Assembly (NCBI GenBank): GCA_964252035.1
Contig: OZ176200.1
Source: Podarcis erhardii
Taxonomy: Eukaryota
Strand: one strand, 5' to 3'
Length of the DNA: 64,000 bases
In this document: positions 51,597 to 63,960 of the stretch, one piece after another
Numbering within the stretch: position 1 is the stretch's first letter
Layout of the letters: every line of letters starts with the position of its first letter
Program-made: the position numbers and the translations under genes
Notes under the pieces: model-generated
The model's input: the letters and a program-made list of their open reading frames with translations, nothing else
Told to the model about the DNA's origin: nothing
The model's database searches: none

Positions 51597-53077
51597 ATGT
51601 TATTTCTCAGCTAGGAATGTGGCTGGGAATCTTCCCCCCCGTCTCTTCCCCCCATCTTTTTGGGGAGCTGGCAAGCCGCTCTCGAGAAACTGGCTGCTGT
51701 CAGTTTGGTTTCCGGACGCGAGAGATGAGCGAGGCTGCCCGTTTGCTTGGCCTGCTCTTTTGGGGAGGGGGAGGGGGGGACACGCGGGCCTTGCTCCCAT
51801 TCCTCCAAACGATCGGGAAGAACTTTGTGAAGGGACCACCTCACTAAGGGCAGCAGGAGGAAGTCAACCTCCAGGGTTTTTGCTCTACGCTCCTGCGCTG
51901 CAGAGAACCATCCGAATCCCCAACCCGTGGCTCTTTTGCTTTTTCAAAAAAGCAAAACCAAACCCTCAAACCAGCCAAAACCCTAACCCTCACCATCTCT
52001 CAGAGAGACAGGAGAGAAAATTGATGGGAGAGGACTGAGGTCACCCCGTGATCAGTCGCATCAGTCGCAGCATCTTTTTCCTCTCCAAAGGGGGCCCATA
52101 ACACCCTAAGCATCAGCCGCCACAGCAAGAGCAAAAACTTGGGGAAAGTTTGCAGTTCGCCTGGCAGTGGAGCTGGTGGTGGATCTCCCAGGGGCAGAGA
52201 AGGGAGGGGAGGGGGACGCAGAGGGTGGGGTGGGGTGGGGGTTGGAGAGGGAGAGGGAAGCAAAAAAAAATAAAAAAGCAAATAGAAGGCAGCTTGGGGG
52301 TTTGCCTCCTGCTTGCAGAGAGAAAGTGTTTCAATTCACAGCGAGTCAGGCGACTGGGAATCATCTGACTGAACTTTCCTGAAAAACCGACAGGCATTCC
52401 TGGACTGCTGCGGGTGCTTCTGAGCTCCTACAAGCGCCAGCTCCTCTGGAGGGAGACCACGTTAAAAGGAAACGGTTCCCCCTTTCTGCCCTCATTTCAG
52501 CCACACAAATCTGGGCATCTCCGCATCACACTCCCACGCCACTTCCTTCTCACCTCTAAGTCAATTTATGAACTTGCTCGCTTGAGAACAACAACAAGCC
52601 TATCATAATTTGAAGCAGCATTTCATCTTAAAACTTAAATAGGTGCGCACACACTGCCCAGAATGCTTTCCGGACCTCTGCTTAAGATCTTCATTCTGCC
52701 CATCATGATTTTCCCTTGCTTTAAAAATAATTGGGGGGGGGGACACACAAACCTTGCACAAATAAATAAAATTCCATCAGTCTAGTTTATGCTTTTTTTT
52801 TAAAAAAGAAGAAGCTTCTCCCCTCTTTTTTTTTTTTTTAATGAAGCCACAAATATTTTGATTCTCATGAGCTGCCCCTGAATTTCTTCTCCCTGATTTC
52901 GATTAGCACCGTTCTGTGTAATGTTATCAGGAAAAACACAACCACAGCAAAGTGACATCTTTTCCAGGAATCCAAAAGAAGGGAGTGGGGGGGTGGAAGA
53001 GAGAAATCCACTCCCGTTCAGATAAATCCCCAGCAAATCCCAAAGGGGCCAATACGTGTTTGTCGAGGAAAAAATAG

Positions 53078-53117
<40 letters not shown>

Positions 53118-55141
53118 TGAAAAGGAAGGAGGGAGGAGGAGGAGGAGAAGAAAACACACCCCTGATGTATCTACCTGCTATTCAAAATTCGAATAGTTCT
53201 CACTTGAGACATGGCTTAACGAGAAAACACGCGCATCATCAAGCAGAGAAAGATGTCTGCTTTTTTGTGGGTTGGTTTTAAGTGCAACACCACCCTCGCA
53301 GGTTTGACACTTGGAGTCAAACAGTGGTTAGACTTTAGAAGAAGTTTGCAGAGTCTAAAAGACACAGGTTACTTTCACCTGGCAAGAGGCGCTCCCTACC
53401 TCTCTCTCAAGACACCCAGAAGAACGTCAAGGGGGGGGAAGAAGCAGAATGACTATTCCTCAGGGGTCTTTCTGCATTGCTCTAATGATGCCTGTGTTTC
53501 CTGCATGCATCTCATGCCTGATCTCCACGCCGCTAATGTCACCTCTCTCTCCCTCTCTTGGAACAAACTGTCAGGAGGAAACACTGAACATGCAGATAGA
53601 TCATACATGCAGATATTCACCACACCACAGTGGACACGCTTTTAGGAGATAAGCTAACAGTCTTATACACGCGCACGGGGAAGAGAAAGAAGGTTGGCTT
53701 GAACCACATCACCCTTCTCAATAATCAAGAATACCAAGCCTGAATCTCATTCCATGTGATATTTAACATATCCTGTGTGTGTGGCGCGCGAGGTGGGGGG
53801 GGGCGGCGGCGGAGAGGACGGCATAGTTGACATAAAAGGTTTGCTCTTTTAACATTTTTGTAAAGGATAGAAGGGGGTGGGTGGGAGAAAAGCCCTACAG
53901 CAGACAGTGGTTGTAAGCAAATCAGCTTAATAATAATAATAATAATAATAATCGTACAAAAGAGGTGAAAAGAGTGCTTTTAAACGTCTGCTAAATTACA
54001 AGCGACGGGTGAGAGAGGGTGGGCAGGAAAAGTGCCTCTTTCGCCAGGACCACCTTAAATAACGGCAGGCACCAGGCTAAAAGGGAAAGTGGCCGGGAAC
54101 GCGGAAAAGTGAGGGGGGGGGAGAGAAGATGCCCCGAATATATTGTTTAGACTTTGTTTTTTGCCTTCTTGGAAAGCAGCCCCGGGGAGGTGGGATGGGG
54201 TGAGTGGAGACACGGCAGCCCGGAGTTTCTGCCCTGAAAAGTCCCTCTCTCACACCTCCCCAGCGACGGGGGAAACGCACAAAAACTCGCCCACATTTGT
54301 TTGTAACCAACCTTTCTCTTTGTGTTTCCTTTCCTGTCCTGTCCTCCACCCCCCCGCCAGCCCAAAAATATTGCAAGTAACATCGGTTTGGGTTTACACC
54401 AGTGTCTTCCTCATGCTCACCTCCCCCCCCCCGCCCTCAACTCTAGAGAAAATTTGCTCAGAGTGAGGGCCAAGGAAGCGCCATGCGGAATGGTGTGGGG
54501 CTGGAGTGTGCGAGTGTTTAGTTGCGTGGGGGTGGGGGGGGAGAGAGAGAGAGACTTGGAACTTGTGATTCAAATAAGAAAGGAAGGACCTGAAGGGAAA
54601 GGGGGCAGCTGAACCCCCCCCCCCCAACATCCGACGCAGGATATGTCCCGGGGCCGCGCAGGACCCCCCTCCCTCTCCGTCCGCTTCTTCCGCGATCAGA
54701 CGAGAGAGAGCCACGCGCGGGACACGCACGACCCTCCCGACTGCTGCCTGCTCAACAGAGGGGAGTTTCTTTGGCCGCCCCCGAAAAGTAACTCTTCCGC
54801 CCGCTCGGCTCCAGATTTCTCACGCTGCTCTCCCTCCACCTCCTCCTCCTCCCACCCCCTTTTTCCCAGGGTCTGGCTAAGCGGTTGAGGTTTTCCTGCG
54901 TATGTGTTTTAATGGAGCTGTTCAAAGATCGCCCCCCTCCCTGTAATCCACCCCTCCTTTCTCGGTGTGTCCATTCCCTCCTTCTCCCCCCCCCCCCACA
55001 GGGAAGGATCTGGTCATGACAACGTGAAAACTACCGGACGTTTTCCAAAGTGCCTTTGCTTTTCTTTCTTTCTCTCTCTCTTTCTCTCTCACCCTCAGCT
55101 CTTTTGCTTTTCCTGGGTCTTGTGAGAGGAGGAGGGGAGGG

Positions 55142-55191
<50 letters not shown>

Positions 55192-55897
55192 CTGGCTTGG
55201 CTTGGCTGAGAGGTGATTGTGGCCGTGAAGGCAGCGATCAAAGGGAAACAAGAAAGAGACAACGGCGGGGCCAGAGGGAGGGAGAGAGAGAGAAGGAAGG
55301 AAGGAGGGGAAGAGGAAAGAGAGCGGGCGAGAGGAATCTAACGGGTCTTCTTGGGCGATCTCGCCGGCGCAGGAGCGCAGCAGCCGGGACCGTTAGCTAA
55401 CTCGCCCCAGAGGCGAGAAACTTTCTGCTTTTCCCAACGCCCCGAGCCAAGAAAAGCGACGGAGACTGGAAGGGGGGGGGGAGGAGGAATCTCCTTTCCT
55501 CTCTCTCTTCCTTCCTCTCAGCGCCCGGAGTCTCCCACCCCCGCTCCGCTTCCTTAAGGAATCTCCCCCCCCCCGCCATCAACTCCTCCAAGGAAGCCCC
55601 GGGACCTCCCCGCCCCTGCCTACTTTGATCGGACTTCTCCCCCCCCCCAAAAAAAAAACAGAAGGAAAGAGGTGGGTGGAGGGTGTGTGTGAAGCGAACC
55701 AAATCTTAAGGAGCGCTCGCGGGGGGGGGGGGCACACACACACACACACAGGAATAGCAACGCCCTGGGATCCCCCACCGCCGATCCTCTCTGCCACTCA
55801 CTTTCTCTCGGGCTCCCTGAAACTCTCGCTCTCTCCGCTCCAGAAATACACAACAAACAAGACGGACAGATCTCTAGCTCGCCCTCCCTCCGTCTCT

Positions 55898-55936
<39 letters not shown>

Positions 55937-56109
55937 GGTCTCTCCCCCCCCCCCTTTCCTCCTCTCTCTTTTCTCCGCCGCGGCGCAAGCGATCGCCCTG
56001 CTCCAAACCCACCGCGGGCATTGGGGGTTGGGGGTTGGGGGGCTTTTTGCTGCTTTCTTTCTAGCAACACCCCCCCCCCGCTTCGTCCAAATACGCACAC
56101 CTCCCTTCA

Positions 56110-56429
<320 letters not shown>

Positions 56430-56914
56430 CTATGGAGCAACCAAACAGAGGCACCGGGTGGGCATGGCGAGATCCCGTTCAAACGCGCGGCGCCAAAGGG
56501 AGCCCACGGACACAGCGGAGAGGCTCTCCCCACAGGCAACCCCCCACCCCCACCCCGACACCTCCCCACCCTGCACAAAAGAAGGACCCCCACCCCGAGC
56601 AGCCCAGGCGCCGCGCACAGCAGCGCTCGCCTTGCGCACCACACAGCGCCACACACAAAAACACACACACGCTCTCCCTTCGCCCTTCCTCGGAAGTGTC
56701 TGGCTGGGGGTGGGGGTGACTTTTTTCTTTCTTTCTTTGAAATGCATGCTCTTCTTTTAACAGACAAAATACCTCCCATTATTATTATTATTATTATTAT
56801 TATTATCTCCCCCTCCACCACCAGTGATCAGACACACACACACACAAGTATTACATCTTCAGAAATGACTCATGACCCGTAGAGGGAATGCACTCGGTTT
56901 TAATGGTTTTGTTT

Positions 56915-56949
<35 letters not shown>

Positions 56950-57603
56950 TTTTAAACAGGAAAAAAAAAACGTTGCTTGACTCAAATCGCTGGGCGGATT
57001 TTTTCCTCCGAAAAGTACTGAGGACCTCACGACGCTGTCTCTTGTTTGCATAACCAATGACACCTTAATATATATATATATATATATTGAAAGTATATGG
57101 CTACGAACTGATAAGAGCTGCAGAAGAACAGGCTTATCTGCCTTCTCGCTCGCTCTCTCCCCCCCCCCACGTTTCTCACACTTTTAAAGTCACGTTGGCA
57201 ATATCCTGCACAGGGTTCTCCCCCCCCCCCTCCCCAAATGTAATTTCAGCCTCCCTTCTTTAGAAAGAAAATAAGAAGAGGGGTTGCTGGAGAGATGTGA
57301 AACTACTCTTGTGAGACTTTCTTATTAGTGGATCTCATTTTTAAAAAATTGTCTGTGTGCGTGTACACACACAGAGGGAGTCTTGTAAAACTGGTGCACT
57401 TTCTCGCTGACACGGCCGCAAACTGGATGTGAGCTTTAAGACTGTCAAAACTGGGGAAACGAGGAAACCCCTCGCTGTCTGGCTGACGTTGTAGCTTCAG
57501 AACATGCACCCACACAGCACAACACAAACAACAACAACCACCACAACCCAGCATACTCTGACTTAAGGACGAGTTTAAACAAGGAAGGAGGACTGGGTAG
57601 TGT

Positions 57604-57667
<64 letters not shown>

Positions 57668-59387
57668 ATAAAAGACGCAGCAGATGCAAACTGTAAAACA
57701 AGGACAATTAACCCTTGCTCTCCTGGACCAAATTTATCCTAACCTCGTCTTTTGTCTTCCCCCTTTTATTTATACACTAGGCTTTTGCCATCTAGAAATG
57801 GACTCGCAGGCTCGTCTCTTTAGGCTGGAAAACCTCTCACCGCACTTGCGTGAGAGCAAGTCCCGCTGAAGTCAGGGGAACTTACTTACGAGTAAGCATG
57901 GGCTGCACAACGCAGAACTTTACAGATCTGGCAGGAGAAGGGGAGGGGAATTTCTTCCCTTCCTTTTATGTGGTTGTTTCCCTATTAACTTTAAAGGCGA
58001 TTTAAGAAAGGAAGAAATGAAATGAAATAAACCTTGCGGCAGTGTGTTGTTTGGAGATTAGCTTCAAATGCACTGTGTTGTGCAGGTAAGGCTGTGTAAG
58101 ATGGCACAAGCGAGGCCAGCCCTGTGTCTTGGACTCAGCTGCCTATGAACCCATCTTGAGCCACTGAAATGTGTGTGTGGAAGAGCGAAGGGAATCAGCA
58201 CCCCATTTCATATTTGCTGGAGACTTCTAACTCTGTAGCAACTATCTTCTCCATTAAAAGAAAAGATCTAGCAGGAGGCTAAGAAATTATTCAAAACAAC
58301 AACCTGATCCTTGAAAGCATCCTTGGGTAAGTGGCGAAATTCTCTAAGAATCTACCAATGGAGAGGATCACCGTCAAGGATTCTCACTGCCTACGTACCC
58401 TTTGATATTCACTTTTTTTGAAGGTTGCTAAAAATTGTGAAAATTGGAATCTCACCAAAGTCCCCCCACTCCACCCCTCGTCTCTTCCTGGGCGAATTCT
58501 GATTTTGTTTCCCTCTTTACATTTTTTTTTTTTAAATTGTGCTACAAACGACTTTTAAGCAAGTTGCAGTCACTACTTTCACTTCTTGTTGAGAATCCCA
58601 GAAGCTGAGGTGTTAACTTCACCCAGTCTCAGAGAAATAAAAGCAAGAAATGAAACTGACTAAGCATACAGAACAGCAAAAAAAGAAAAAAGAAAAAAAA
58701 CTTTCTTGGTTGCTTTGGAAGAGACTAAATAGAAGCCTGCCACTAACCCTAAGAGCTGCAGCCAGCTAATAATACATTTGGTGGGGCTGGTTTGCTGGGA
58801 GTTCTTTTTAAAGCAAAGCCCCAACTAAAATCTTATTATCCAGCCGTGCCTGTGTTGGTCTTGTTCACAGCTTGAAAATCATTAACAGGTACGTGCAAAC
58901 TTTAAGATGTGTAAACGTGAGGACGAAGAGAAGAGAGCGGAATGCTGCTTAAAAAAAAACCAAAAAACCACAACAGACCGAGGAATAATAGAAAGGCGAA
59001 CTTTCCTACTCCTGGTGGGAACCATAAAACGTAAAATAAAAATGGAGGGGGGGCAAAATAACCTTTCCCACCTGGTCAGCCAGGTGGGTATATGTCCTGG
59101 GAGAGCGGGGAGACCCTAGGTAATAACAGTTTGCAGGCAGAAACAACTCCCTTCCTCTGTCTCTCTCAGAAAGTGATCCCAAGTAAATGTAGATTTCAGT
59201 TCAAAAATGAGAACTCACCCCACCTCACCACTTCCTCCCTAGCTGTAGACAAGGAAAACAGACCCCAAGACAGCAATTGTTTTTAAAAGAAAAAGAGGTA
59301 GGGGGAGAGAGGAAAGAACGAGAGGGAGAGGCGGAACAACAATGAGCAAAAAATAGAAAAGAGAGGAAAATATAACCGAGAACGTAC
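56430..59387 (-). other. ZEB2: ZEB2 intron 1 (5' UTR intron, 2958 nt)
   Basis: GT...AG boundaries between the two identified exons. The size is similar to the mammalian 5' UTR intron that can be retained. Confidence 0.85.
57600..57665. repeat. (TG)n(AG)n compound microsatellite in intron 1
   Basis: Direct reading. Confidence 0.95.
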
Positions 59388-59754
59388 CTGCGAAGTCTTG
59401 TGTGTAGTTTTGGTCAGCAATGGAGAGAAGAAGAAGCATGAAAAAGCCGCGGAGTGGAGGAAGGAGGGGAGAAAAAAAGGTGCAGGGAGATGTAGCTGGT
59501 TGGAAGAGAGGACAAAATGGTCAAAAAGCCTCGGAAAGAGTTGTCGGAAGGGACCGTTATTCCTGCTGGGCAGGTTAGGACTGATCTCTTTCTGCCACTC
59601 CAGGAAACACAAACCTGGGGACGGACTGACGTGTTACGCCTCTTCTAATGACATTTTTTTCTTTTTCTTTTCTGTAGGAGAGAGAGGAGAGAGGACCCTG
59701 AAACACACGCCACCTATCTTTGTGGGGAGGGATAATTGAAGAGCGCCAAACGTG
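59388..59754 (-). other. ZEB2: ZEB2 non-coding exon 1 (5' end continues into N block 59755-59926)
   Basis: Minus strand reads CTTCAATTATCCCTCCCCACAAAGATAGGTGGCG...AAAAAAATGTCATTAGAAGAGGCGTAACACGTCAGTCCGTCCCCAGGTTTGTGTTTCCTGGAGTGGC...CAAGACTTCGCAG|GTACGT, closely matching the mammalian ZEB2 5' UTR as recalled. Donor GT at 59387-59386. Confidence 0.88.
59634..59654 (-). other. uORF1 (MSLEEA*) in exon 1
   Basis: ATG TCA TTA GAA GAG GCG TAA with A at -3. Confidence 0.6.
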
Positions 59755-59926
59755 NNNNNNNNNNNNNNNNNNNNNNNNNNNNNNNNNNNNNNNNNNNNNN
59801 NNNNNNNNNNNNNNNNNNNNNNNNNNNNNNNNNNNNNNNNNNNNNNNNNNNNNNNNNNNNNNNNNNNNNNNNNNNNNNNNNNNNNNNNNNNNNNNNNNNN
59901 NNNNNNNNNNNNNNNNNNNNNNNNNN
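59755..59926. other. N block (172 nt) covering the probable ZEB2 TSS and start of exon 1
   Basis: Interrupts ZEB2 exon 1 sequence directly. Confidence 0.95.
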
Positions 59927-60400
59927 CTTTTCCACCCTCCCCTGGCCTGCCTGCCTCCTTCCCTCCCTCCCTCCCCAGCCATCAAGTCTTTGGCATCATT
60001 ATCCTCTTCGCTAAATCCTACTGGATGCGAGGCGGAAAACGGTGAACACCATTCACAGAACTAGCCCAACTCAAAGGAACTGAAAGTTGCAAGGAGACAC
60101 CCGGAGGCTGTGCGGTTCGCATCCCGCAGGCTTGCTCGCAGCGCGCGGCTAGAGAGCAAGACGGGATCTGCAGCAGGGAAAGAGAGATCTAGGGATCGTT
60201 TGTTTGTTTGTTTGTTTGTTTGTTTATGGGCTTCCTCCCTCGATTGCTTTTCCTTCGCGCCCCTTTCAAATTGCAGATGCCAGAGTGACGGGGCAGGCGG
60301 GGGAAAACAAAACAAAACTATTCATAATAAAACTTAGGGGTAGAACGGAAGACGCTGAATTAGCGCTGAAGATATATAACAAGTGGCCAATGAACTCCTG
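59927..60400 (-). promoter_or_regulatory. ZEB2 proximal promoter region (CpG-rich)
   Basis: Lies immediately upstream of exon 1 and the N block. CpG-rich at 60020-60310, with CCAAT at 60387-60391 and TATATAA at 60373-60379. Confidence 0.6.
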
Positions 60401-60981
60401 GTCCTTAAAAAAATAAAAATAAATTTATGGGGCGTTTCAAAGCTGCTAAGCGCGCTTACTTCGAGGCAAAACCTTCTGCTGGAGATAGAACTTTTACTTG
60501 AGAGTGAATGCAGCGAGGATCTCTCGTGTGTGTTAATAAGTCCCTGCTGCTCTTTTTGGTGGGTGGGAGGGAGAAAATATCGACATTTTTCTCTTGGGGT
60601 GTATGCAAAGGCTGAGAATTGGAGGGGAAATAATAATTGCTTCCCCCCACCTTCTGTTCTCCTTTCACACTTGCAAGGAGATAGTCAGAGGGGCAGTTAG
60701 GAAACAGAGATAATATGTATAGAGGCATATACGGGCGAAGTGCGGTGTAAGAAGACTCGGAACCCATAAACAAGCTGACAAAATAAAGACAGAATGCATA
60801 TTCAGTGCATGAAATATATAGGTAGCTTTCAAGGACTTTCGCAACTGTGGCTTTAAGCTTGTTTACTCGGAAGCAAATCCCTCTGTGGTCAGTGGGGTTA
60901 GCATCACAGTAACTGTTCTTTAGGATTGCAGTCAAAGATTTAGACAGATTGACTTCTACCTGCACCAGTATATTAGAATAT

Positions 60982-60984
<3 letters not shown>

Positions 60985-61056
<72 letters not shown>
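60985..61056. repeat. Long interrupted (AC)n tract upstream of the promoter
   Basis: Direct reading. Confidence 0.95.
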
Positions 61057-61058
<2 letters not shown>

Positions 61059-61229
61059 AGTGTCTCTCTCTTACACACAGATGGCTCTTGAAGGGCAGAA
61101 AGTTGAGTGGGTAGCTTTGCATTTCATGGGGGTAACAAGTCTTTTTTGTGTGTGCGCTCGCGGAGAGGTGGGGGGGGGACTTTGGCAAAGATTAAAATGA
61201 AAATTAAGCCCTGAGACTCCACCTTTGCA

Positions 61230-61460
61230 CTGTGGGGATTGGTTATGCAAATAGGGAAGGGATTTCCTGGCGAAGGCAGCTTTCTACTGTATGGTTAATT
61301 AAATCATCACTCAAAAAGGTTTCCAATGTGACGCGCCTGTCCTAATCCAATCAGGTTACGTAGGTCCTAAACAAGAAAGATATTCCTCTCCCACCCCCCA
61401 CATCTGGAAGTCAGCAATTTAGCAAGTACTGCACATTATTAACCAATTCCGAGTCCACGG
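61230..61460. promoter_or_regulatory. Upstream motif-dense regulatory block (distal promoter/enhancer candidate)
   Basis: ATTGG 61238-61242, octamer ATGCAAAT 61245-61252, TTAATTAA 61295-61302, CCAAT at 61323 and 61347, TTACGTAG 61356-61363. Confidence 0.55.
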
Positions 61461-61539
61461 TCCCAGGGGAACCTTTAAAACACACACGCACAGCACACAC
61501 AACTTAAAGTGTGTTCTTAACCAATGCTCTTCTGTTTGC

Positions 61540-61908
61540 TTAATCAAAAAGCTGCTTTGCAGGCGCATCGTCGGAGGGGCTGGGGGGTTGGGGTTGGGAG
61601 AGACCACCGGCTGCAGGCGAAGTCCTTAAAAGCACCCGGAGAGGATGAAAGAGGCCCGGCTGGGCGGCGGGGAGAAGAGAGAAGAAGGGGATCCTTTGCT
61701 GGGTTCAGCTTCCCCATATCCCCCCCCCCCCCAGCAGCAACCCCTTCCTTTTCTCTGCGAGATAACTTTTTGCGTGATCTCAGTGCTTCCTACAAAGAAA
61801 TACCCACCCACCCATCCAGGGGACAAAGTTCCAATTCGCGAGGTTGACTGGCATGATCCCGTGCTGAAACTAAACAGGAGCTGCCCAGGCACACACACAC
61901 ACACACAC

Positions 61909-61965
<57 letters not shown>

Positions 61966-63960
61966 GGTTCCTCCGGCAGCATCTTCCTCGCTTGGCCACA
62001 GTTAAATCTCTTAGAGAGCGCTCCTCTCTTTCTCTGCAGACCCCCTCCGACCCCGCCAGCTCCTTCCCACTGAAGGAAACGGAAACAAATGCTGCGCTGA
62101 TCCGACACTCCACTTTTACTTACAGTAAGCTAAGATAAACTGCTGGCGAGCTGTGCATTGAACGGGCGCCTTGAGCGAGGCAACTGGGATGCTTGCTCCA
62201 GTCCCTGGCATTCACCGCCTCCAAAGGGAAAAGGCTCCTGAAGCTCAGGACCAGGGGGTGAGGGGATGGATGCGTATTTTGGAAAGGGGAGAGGGGGTAA
62301 CACACTCTTGCCACCTTGCTGGCCGAGGGAGGAAGAAAAAGGAATAAAAAGCAGCCCAAATCAGAACATGCAACCGCATCCTCTCCGCCACACACGCCCT
62401 ACTTCCCTCTCTTTCGAAGCTTTGGGTGAATCATTTCCAAAACTGCGGGGACATGGTCCAAATAAACCCAAACAAGGCTTTTGGGGAGAATTTATTTCCT
62501 CCCTGCCATCCGAAAATAGGTCTAAATCTTCGGCTCAGCAGGAACTAGAAGGAGGTAGAGGGACACCCCTCACCTCTCCTCGCAGTTCCTGCCTCGCGCG
62601 CATTGGGATTTCTTGTTCCGTGTTTGAAGGAAATATTCAGACGTTTTGGTTGACACGCATTTGGGGTTAGGATAAGCGCGGGGATCTTTGGAGCGGGCTT
62701 CTAAATCAAATGCTCATTTCAGGTTTGCTTGACGCGAAGCTTTCTCCTGGTGTCATCCGGAGAGCAGCCCCCCCCGCCTCCCATACCGCCACGACCCACA
62801 CTCCGGATCGAACTGGACCCAATTGCCCCGTCCGATCCGAATCAAAGAGGGCTTTTTTCCATTGACACCTTCTCCGGGGCAGGTAAGGCAGGTTCCCAAC
62901 GGTGGGACGCCCGGAAGAAGCGAAGGAAACTTCTTTTTCTTAACCTGTGACTATTAAAGAGCCTCTTCCACTTAAGACCTGTCGTTTTTGTATTAATTCA
63001 GAACATCTCTTTTTTTCTTTTTTTAAAAATCCTGATCCACTGATGACGGCAAAAAGATGAAGCTCAGTAATTAGACAAGTGGGAGAAGAGCCTCTCCAGG
63101 CTTTTATTCTGGTTCTTTGCATTGAGTTGGGATAAAACTTCCCTCTCTTTTCTCTTTTGAGGAGGGGGGAGAGCTAAAGTGTTTACTGACTGACCTAACG
63201 ATCCCTATCCCGGAGAGGAGGGTACCATTCGTTTTTAGACGGAGGCGCCTCTGGGTTACTGGAGAGAGGGACAAGAGGGTGAGCAGATCCTGTTGCAAAT
63301 ACGAACGCGAAGTACCAATCCCAGGCAGCCAGATCCCAAGTCTTTTCCATCTGAAGGAGGTCTTTTCGGATCTGGTCTGGAGCTCTAAAGCACAGTGACC
63401 CATCTGAAAGAGCTACAGCGAACCTACACCAATAATACTAATACTGATAGCAACAACCTCCTTTTCTGAATTCTCGATTACACGTCTCTCCCCCCTTTAT
63501 CTGAAGTGCAAGTGCTTAACATGTAATCTCATTACCACCCCTTTATATATTATTCCTACATCTCTAGATTATTAACTAGGGCACGAGGTGGTGGGGTGGT
63601 AGTGGGGGGAAGAACCAACTTGCTTCCAAATATTTTTTTCCCCTTCGCCTTAAAGCAAAGCTTTAGATTTCTCCCCCCCCTTCAAATAAATGGGAGTTAC
63701 ACGGGCAATCCTTTGCGAGGAGGACAGAGACCGAACCAGACCGTGGGAAGGTCCTCGTGGATTTAGAGAAAATACACTGCCGCGGCCAAAATAATTCCTA
63801 GACACTTAGGAAGTCCCCCCCCCCCGCAGAGCCATCCTTTAGTTTCCACAAACTCCCGAAACACGCGTGGAAAGAGGGAGGAAGGCAGGCGGGGGAGGCT
63901 AACAACACGGGGGGGGGAACGCTCCCCGGAGAGACTTTTCGCACGATTGGTATGTACCCG
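61540..63960. promoter_or_regulatory. Upstream CpG-rich region
   Basis: Frequent CpG dinucleotides at 61560-62900 and 63200-63960, judged by eye. Confidence 0.55.
61890..61962. repeat. (AC)n(GA)n compound microsatellite
   Basis: Direct reading. Confidence 0.95.

Larger units (their letters stand above)
57690..60500 (+). ncRNA. Positional candidate for a ZEB2 natural antisense transcript (ZEB2-AS1/Zeb2os-like); boundaries are guesses
   Basis: Inferred from synteny with mammals, where an antisense RNA starts in intron 1 and overlaps the exon 1 donor. Local support: plus-strand TATAAAAG at 57667-57674 and plus-strand donor-like sites. No expression evidence. Confidence 0.3.
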
